A stretch of 64,000 bases of DNA from Saccostrea echinata (lineage: Eukaryota). Every line of letters begins with the position of its first letter. Within the stretch, counting starts at the first letter, position 1. Positions 55,791-64,000 of the stretch are shown here, one piece after another. The notes under the pieces were generated by a model. That model was not told the DNA's origin. It did not search any database and saw only the letters and a program-made list of their open reading frames with translations. The stretch lies in contig NW_026889750.1 in NCBI RefSeq assembly GCF_033153115.1, positions 24,924,001-24,988,000 on the forward strand, in the 5' to 3' direction. The translations under genes and the position numbers were made by a program.

Positions 55791-58643
55791 TTAACCAGTG
55801 AAAAGTATTTTTTTTTTTTCAAAATTCAGTGATATATTGAATCTGTTGAATGCTTGTCATCATTTAGGAGGTCTCTGAGAAAATATTTTGACTGTTTACG
55901 ATTACAATAAATGCAATCATTTCACATTTCTTTGATAGTGAACATACGAGAATGATCTGGGAATCAGCAAAATAAAATTTGTGTCCAGTCCATATGTTCA
56001 TTGATAGACTCAGTGATTTTATACCCCAGGGAGAACATTTCACTCATTATAAGATGTTAATTGCCAGCTACAGGTGACTCCATGCCAAATTAAGACTCCT
56101 AATGCTGTGGATGTATAAGTGTAGGAAGGATTCTTTAACTTGTAAGCTCCTGCTGTGACACCAGCTCCTACTGTGACACAAGGCCTCTTGAAGGTTTTAT
56201 AAATCCAAAAGACATTAAAACTTGACTCATTCTCTGATGTTGAGTGTTTGGCAAAAGAATAGCCAGTCTCAAATTTGACAGGGCTGCATGATCGAGTGTC
56301 TTTAGGCAAAAAGAATCTTTTTCTGTTTTCTCCTTTTTTTTTTGATTGAGCCATCACTTGTTTCAATTCATATTTAAGGTTGCTTATGGGCAGATGATGA
56401 GACTTGAGCATGAAAGATTTTTATACTACTATACGATAATTATGGACTTGATTTTTTTGTGCTTTAATAATGGCAAATCGGGAGAGAATTGTACTTTGCT
56501 TTGAATATTATAAAGACTGTACTTAGCTGAAGTTTTCAAATCATCTAACTTATTTTTCCTCTAGAAGGATTAATCAATTATCAATGAAAATGATTCTTAA
56601 AAATCTGGAATTTGAACTCAAATACTTTACTTTAACACTGTCTTTGCCACTGTTCTATTATATAGGTGGACCATAACAAGGTCCAACCTATACATTACAT
56701 TACAAATTCAAACACTAATCATAATAAGGAACAACAATAAGAAATAAATAGACATTTGAATTTTATAGTAATTAAGTTATCAGTGTACTGAAAAACACAA
56801 AGTACAAAAAGAAGTATAACACCCTTATCACGCAAATGGGGGGAGGGCCGGGGCACAGTTATTTAGTTATCCATTAAAGTTTTTGATCCACCAGTGAATG
56901 TACACATTTAGGTTTTCTTATTTAAAAAAAGAAATCATTTTAAATAAAGATGGAATTCCAGCGACCAGTGTGTCCAGACACAGGACAATTAATGCATTGC
57001 TGTGAGATTGCTGACATCTTTGAATTAATGTATATCTGAATTAGTGAAATATTTTTCATTGGCTCAGTAAGTAACACATTCATGTACCTTGCAAGATGCT
57101 ATTCTGTAACTATAAAAAAAAAAATCAGGGGTGGGTCCAGAAGTATTTTTATTTTCTTTAAATGCTTAAATTTTTGAACTCAATTGACCGATTTCATTTT
57201 GCCAATTAATTGATTCACATTTTTCTCATCTCGTGCATGCATGTGTTAATGTCTAGTTTTTCATTTTGCCTAATATGTAATAATAACTTAAAGAACTACA
57301 ATGACGCATTAATTACTTTTTTTTCCCAGAATTCCCCCATGGTAACCCCAGACAAGTGCCCTAGATAACCCAGGTGAGTGTTATGAATACTGATATTTAT
57401 ACAGAGGCCTGTGATCTTCATTATACACCTGTCAGGTGAAAATGAATAGGTGTCACCTTGAGCACATCTTCAACTGCACAGGTTTTTCATAGAATCATTT
57501 TAAATTACCCACTTCTGTGTAGGTTAATCCACACATTTACATGCATGGGATTTAGACATTAATTGACACAAAAGGCACAAATACTGTGTACTTTCGGAAA
57601 ATTGTGCATATGTAGCTATCAAACAAAGTGGATTATTGTTGAGTGGTTCATTTGATTTCGTTTTAAATTTATCAAGAAGAGATTGTACACTAATTCAATC
57701 ATGTATTACATATGCAATATATTACAAATTCATTTATTGGAATGTTGTGTAAGTCATTTTTTAAATATTGCCAATGATTTGTGGGTTAACTTTTTCATGT
57801 TTTTGTAAAAACATTTTTTATAAAATGATTTTTCAAATAAAAAGAAATTAATTTAAAAATCATTGAAATATTATTTGAATCATCGATGCATGTATCCCCT
57901 CCAAAAAATTATAAGACTAGTGCAGTGTATTTCCTAAAAGTTCAAGTTATGTTTGATATTAGGAAACCGATTTTGGATTAAAAATTTTTGCTGTTTAATT
58001 TAACTTCATGGATTTTTGAAACTAAATCCAGTTTCTGAAATTCATTAATCCACCTTTAGAGGTAGTTACATTTGGGTTCAGGATGGGTGAAAAAAAATCC
58101 ATGTCTGAATGTATTCATGTGGGAATGGAGTTCCTCCTGGAATACTTGTATATGTTTCTTTCTGAACAAACCTCCTCCCTAATACGGACTAATTTACGCA
58201 CAGTACACATAAAGCTAAAACTAGCAAAACAGCCTTTTGGCTCACTTTAAATATATTGGGAAATCTTTTGATGAATGAATTCATGTAATATTAGATACTG
58301 AATAATTTCCTGTATCAGTGTTAAATTTTGAGTTTCGATCATTTAGCATTTGGTGAATTTGCTGACAGAGAGCTGGAATGAAACTCACTGAAAAAAAAAT
58401 TGCTAACCAGAAAGTACAATTTATGAAAGTTTACATAGAATTTATTGAAAAAGTTCTTTCAAATTTGTCAGCTCTGCTGGACTATAGAATGAACTGGGCA
58501 GCGGGTGAACAGAAATTTTGTACACTCATGGCGATAAGAAACCTCCTCAACCCCATTGTTTCCTACAGACATATATGAATTCAATGTTCCATTTTTGTAA
58601 GGACCCATGAGGCACTAATTACATACTATCACAAATGGAGCCA

Positions 58644-58897
58644 AGTCGCCTGCATGGCACTATGGTTAGAGCATTTGCTCTAGATCATGAAGTAAGGAGT
58701 TGATCCTTACATCACAGGTACAAATCCATTGTGTCACGGGGAGTAGGTCCTTTGGATGAGACCATATAAACTGAGGTGCTGTATAGCAGTAGGTGCTGGC
58801 ACGAAAAAGATCCCTCACTGCTCAAGAGCCATAAATGCCGAGTACAGGTCTAAATTTGCAGCCCTCCACTGGCAAATGGTGATGTCTCCATGTGAAA
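58644..58897 (+). mobile_element. Degenerate V-domain SINE copy, followed by an opposite-strand tRNA-derived fragment
   Basis: GTCGCCTGCATGGCACTATGGTTAGAGC..GGTCCTTTGGATGAGACCATATAAACTGAGG..AAAAGATCCCTCACTGCTCAA. Confidence 0.75.
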
Positions 58898-59399
58898 TCT
58901 CAGTGTTAAATTTAACAGAAAAAAGATAATATCTATGGCTGGACCAGGAATCAAACCCAAGACCTTTACTAGCAACACCTGGAGTATCAGTGTATTGCAT
59001 TTTGTCTGGTTGGTGGACCTGTCTGGCATGTGGCCCTACCAAGAGCTCCTGCCAGCATAGTTCTTGGGGTCATTGAGACATACAAGCCCTTCAACAATCC
59101 TTGAAGGCATCCTTAATAGGATCTACAAATTTCTTTTTTTTTCATGGATACAAATCTTTCCTGTAAATCATTTCTTACAGTATCTACAATCAATCATGTT
59201 TCAGATCATTTTCTGGGAAGTTGATCCTGGTGTACGAGGAAGTTGATCCTGGTGTAAGGGCTTAGTAATTCATTATACTAAGTAAAACAATCAACCTTTT
59301 TCAAAGAAATGTTTAAATTTGAGCAATACAGACTAACATTCCCACTAACTTTATGAGGGCTGGATAATAATGCGTATGGATATATTTACTTAGGGGAAG

Positions 59400-60596
59400 T
59401 TCTGTTGACCACGGGGCCAATTTCAACCAAACTAATTGCCACAAAGTATCCTTGGGTAAAGGGGATTCAAGATTGTTCAAATGAAGGGCCACACCTTCTT
59501 CCAAGGGGAGATAATTATAAATTCATGAAAAATTAAGGGCATGTTTTAAAAATCTTCTCAAGAACCACAGGACTGGAAATTATAAAACTTATGTGGATTC
59601 ATTGTGAGATAGTGTACATTCAATTTGTTAAAACCATGACCCCGGGGGGTAGGGTGGGGCCACAATGGGCAATCAAAGTTTTACATAGGAGAAAAAATAA
59701 GAAAAATCTTTAAAAATTTTCTTCTCAAGAACAGCAAAGCCATGATTGGTCATATATGGCAGCATTCTCAGGTAGTGTAAATTCAAGATTTCTTCAAATC
59801 ATGACCCCAAGGGGTAGGTTGAGGTAGTGTAAATTCAAGATTTCTTCAAATCATGACCCCAAGGGGTAGGGTGAGGCCACAGTGGGCAATCAAAGTTTTA
59901 CACAGGAATACATAGGGAAAGCCTTTAAAAATCTTCTTCTCAAGAACAGTAAAGCCATGATTGGTCATATTTATATGGAAGCATCCTCAGGTAGTGTAGA
60001 TTCAGTTTTGTTCAAATCATGACCCCAAGGGGTAGGGTGGGGCAACTATGGGCAATCAAAGTTTTACATAGGAAAAATCTACATAAATCTTCCCAAGAAC
60101 AGCAAAGCCATAATTGGTCATATTCATATGGAAGCATCGTCAAGTAGTGTAGATTATCAAGATTGTTCAAATCATGACCCGCGGGGGTAGGGTGGGGCCA
60201 CAATGGGTGACCAAAGTTTTATATAGGAATACATAGGAAAAATCTTTAAAAATTCCTCTCAAGAACAACAAAGCTGTGATTGGTCATAATATAAAAGCAT
60301 CCTCAGGTAATGTAGATTCAAATTTGTTGGAGGGGCCAAAACAGGGGATCATAGTTATACAAAGGAATATAAAGGATATATCAATGAAAAATTTCTTCTT
60401 AAGAACAGCAAAGCCTTTATGTGTCATATTAATTCAAAAGCATACTTAGGAAGTGTAGATTCAAGTTTGTTCAAATCATAACCCCCGGCCCAACCCCCAA
60501 CCACTTATATTTTATTACTTTTCAATACTGAACTGATTTCTGCTTTTTCCTAGCCAAAGTGCTCAGGTGAGCGATGTGGCCCCTGGGCTTCTTGTT
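59400..60596 (+). mobile_element. 5'-truncated HINE with about six ~165 bp units (family of 10061-10857)
   Basis: Units TTCTCAAGAACAGCAAAGCCATGATTGGTCATAT..GCATCCTCAGGTAGTGTAGATTC..AAATCATGACCCC; 3' GCTCAGGTGAGCGATGTGGCCCCTGGGCTTCTTGTT. Confidence 0.82.
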
Positions 60597-62199
60597 ATAT
60601 AGATGTGATATATATCTCAAATAAGCTAGGAATCTGAATATTATCAAGTTTCATCAATGCCTTACTGCAGTACGTTTTAGCTGTCATAAATCAATGTTTT
60701 GGTGTTTCTCTTCTCAGTTGTTTGGGCAGCCAGAATTTGTATATATAAGGTCTGATATATACCTTACAATTATAATTATTATCAATCAGAACTATTTACA
60801 AGGGAGCTAGAACTCATGATTAAATCTTTGGATGTAACTAGGTAATTTAAAATGCAAGCATATGGTATGTATCAGACAATTTCAATGCGCAGCTAAGATT
60901 TGTCAGAAATTCTAGACATGCTTGTGTGTCATAGTCCAGAATAGCAGTATAATAAAAGCAAATTAAGTCTGCAAAAACAAGGAACATGCATACAATGACT
61001 GAAATAAAAGAAAGATTTGTGACCATATCGATAAGAAATTTATACAGAAGCCAATACAGTATCATTTCATTTTACATATTTATTTTACGATCAACATATT
61101 GGGAACATAATATTTTATTTCATTTTATTTATTTATTTTACAATCAACCCTTGATCATTTTATTATAAAACATTTCAAGAATGTTTTACACAGACTACTT
61201 AATAATCTAAATTTTATTGTAATAGAATCTATAAAAATGCAGAGATTAAGTGTTAGAAATTTAAATGTTTTTTTATTGAAGTCCCTCGTTTGAGCCCCAA
61301 TCCTGTTTTTGGCCGACACTTGATCTTGTGTTTCCCGTACTTTGTTTTCATTGGCTGATGTTGATATAACTGTAGATAAAGTGAGATATTCAGCTATTGA
61401 TTTAGAGGCATCATGTGACTTCATATATATACAAAGAGGTGAGTTAATACTGCCAAACATCTAGGTCAGACATATTTACTCTGAGTGCAGACTACACCGA
61501 CCATGTGTCATACAGAATTTTAAAGCTCACTGGGGCATGACAGTGCTCTCCTCTATAGATGACCTGCTTTGGAAACATTGAATTCCCTCCACATGTTATC
61601 TTGCCCAGGACTACAACAGGTTTGTGTCCCAGACAGTCAGACTTGTTCTTTAATCTCAATGTGTAAAATCTTGTCTGAGTCATGCTTTAGCTGTGGAAAA
61701 CATCTGCACTGACAATCCTATAGATCTTCATGTTGTATTGGTTGGCATGTGGTCTCTTATGTTTTGTCATAACTGTATAATCTTAAGAGAATTTAGAATA
61801 CAGTTGAGATGTTCATTCAAAATGTCACTAAGATATTGTGTTATTGCTAATAATCTATTAATTGTTTAATATATGAATTTACAGACTGAGGAGCATTCAT
61901 TGTAAATACAAATATACTTGCAACTCATGTATGTAAAGCTCTTAATTTTTGGAGGATCATTGTGTGCGGATGTAATCATGTAAACATTTAACAATTGCCT
62001 TGATTTTTTTTTTCATATGCAAGGTATACACATACTTATTCATATGGAGTTGTAACTTTTAGATGTTACAACATATCAAATCCACAGAAGACAGCTTGAC
62101 ACTTTGTAATTCTGAATGACAAGAAACCAATTAATTCTGAAGTTAATTGGGCAGCAGGTGAAATGTTTGACTTTCACTTGTGTTCATTACTTTGTAGAT

Positions 62200-62260
62200 T
62201 GTTGCTAAGCCATGAGTCAGAGGGCGGAATCCCTGAGGAGCAGAGGTAACTATGGTAACA
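62200..62260. promoter_or_regulatory. Compact motif cluster (AP-1, GC box, RFX X-box)
   Basis: TGAGTCA 62213-62219, GGGCGG 62222-62227, GTAACTATGGTAAC 62246-62259. Confidence 0.35.
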
Positions 62261-63279
62261 GAAAGTGTGTGCTTCACGTATAGAATATGTAGCACATATC
62301 ACAAAAGAGAGACTCTAATTATAAATAGTATGGGTAGACCTACATGTGGACTGCACATGGAGATTAAGTATTTAATCCTGATATACATACTTAACATGCC
62401 TACATGTGGACTGCACACAGAAATTCAGTATTTACTCCCGATCTACATCCCTAATATGCTGTGATGCAATGTTTTTCTTTTCAAAATAAACATGAAAACT
62501 ATAAACTTAAATATGTGTACTACACTGTATGTACAACAGAGATATGCAGCAATCACTTTACTTAATAGTTTCTAACTATATTGTTGCTCTTTCCTAATAT
62601 GGAAACACAAAAATTTAGTTCATTTTATTGACATCATCATACATTGGCATATAGTCACGAATACAACAAAACAGTGAACAATAATAATTATCTAATTAAG
62701 AAATGTGCAAGCTTTGTATATATTAGACAATGTAATACAATACACTACACAAAAATATAAGCTTTTTATGACTATTATAAGAATTTGATGGCATAAGGAT
62801 CCGCATGCATGTTCACCTCTAGAGAAAATATATATGTTGAAGTCCTTTACACAGATATCAACTTATCTGTTTATCTTTTTCAACTTGACACACATACAGA
62901 CGTCTTAGTTTTGAGATTCTGTTGTTTTGGTCATCTTATCACACTTCATAGACAAAATGTTTATACAATACATTTGAGATTTTCTTTCTTTTCCGTTCTT
63001 ACTGATTTTTGTAATGTTAAAATGGGAAAAAAGCATTTATCAATCTTTTATCATAAGCATGGCAGATCCTTTGCAATTCGAAAAAAAAACAAAGAATGGA
63101 AAGAAATGAAGTTGGCTATTGTATTTTTTTTATGTCTGTGATCCATCCATACAATGAATGTGTCAAAGCTATAGATTGGCTTCTATGAATACAATGAACT
63201 ACACGGAGGATTGATCTCAATGACATAGTATACATGTATGGTTATTGATTGAAATTTTAATGTTTGTGTCCTTCTTCAG

Positions 63280-64000
63280 ATGAGATCCCACTCAGGCGAC
63301 GCCCTGCCCCACAGACCAGGGAGAGGTCCAGAGATAGAGAGAAGGAGAAAAGTAAGGAAAGAAAGAAAAATAAAATCTATATTTATCCAACATTGTTTGA
63401 ACAGAAAACAAAACAAAGTCATTGATATGCTCAGAAGAAATAATTACTTTTCTGTTTTCTGTATAAAATAAATTCTTATTTCTGAAGATTTGAATTCTAC
63501 CTTAATTAATCCATGTAAGAGTTAAGTAATAAAACACTCGATAGCAATCAACAAGCATATAGCCCTTGTTTCATCATGACAGATGTTGGTGTTACAGAAG
63601 AGGCAGAGAAGGCTGGAGGTATGAGAACCAGATTATCAACTGGTAGCATTCATATGAATGGTACCACTACTGTCGCTGTCGCCAGGGAAATCGAGAATAA
63701 TCAGAGACTCCAGGGGAAAGCATCTAAGGATGGCATAGGTATTGTATAAATTCATTATCAGAATGCTAAAATGAAAAGATTATTTTGGAAACAGATGAGG
63801 ATTGATGAAAAGATGTGATTTTGTTGATGTAATTGTAATAGGTTAATGACCTCTACTAAATGTTTAGTAAGTAGCACTTTATCTGAAGTATCTTACATTC
63901 TTCTTACATACAAATTTTACTATTGTATAATATTTTGACTACCTGCATGATTATTTAAACAGAATCCCCAGCTAAAAGGAAGAAGGGTTCCACCAGTGAT
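63280..64000 (+). CDS. Internal or 5' coding exons of an unidentified gene: 63280-63351, 63583-63618 (or -63738), 63963-end
   Basis: Good acceptors and donors; the phase-1 frame gives EIPLRRRPAPQTRERSRDREKEK-NVGVTEEAEKAG-ESPAKRKKGSTSD (NLS-like). The phase-0 frame from ATG 63280 is also open, so the frame is not certain. Confidence 0.55.

Noticed and set aside
56040-56411. 123-aa ORF
   Set aside because: Overlaps degenerate SINE-like sequence; no recognisable protein features.

Overview
AT-rich, intron-rich animal DNA. The repeat complement (Helentron-associated/pearl-like elements with ~160-170 bp arrays, V-domain SINEs, many MITEs) points to a bivalve mollusc, probably an oyster (inference). 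Host genes reconstructed by hand from GT-AG exons: the 5' part of an OXA1L-like mitochondrial insertase (- strand, 2527-3329), a complete mitochondrial ATPase inhibitor IF1 gene (- strand, 14399-22665), a complete 12-exon TRAM1 (- strand, 33397-41277), and three coding-looking exons of an unidentified + strand gene at the right edge (63280-64000). Two main highlights. (1) The IF1 gene has two tandem, same-length (81 nt), same-phase homologous exons for the coiled-coil/histidine segment, one His-rich and one His-poor; these look like mutually exclusive exons that could switch the inhibitor's pH response. (2) An apparently intact, autonomous 5.6 kb ISL2EU-type DNA transposon (4047-9673) with perfect terminal inverted repeats encodes a spliced 460-aa THAP-HTH-DDE transposase and, convergently, a spliced 445-aa SWIM + YqaJ (lambda-exonuclease-like) nuclease. 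Also present: a 2.5 kb transposon ~50 bp upstream of the IF1 ATG, a solo LTR containing a full tRNA-like cloverleaf, a Spy-type MITE, and strong enrichment of TACATGTA, which looks like a transposon excision footprint. Family assignments rest on motifs recognised from memory; no searches were run.
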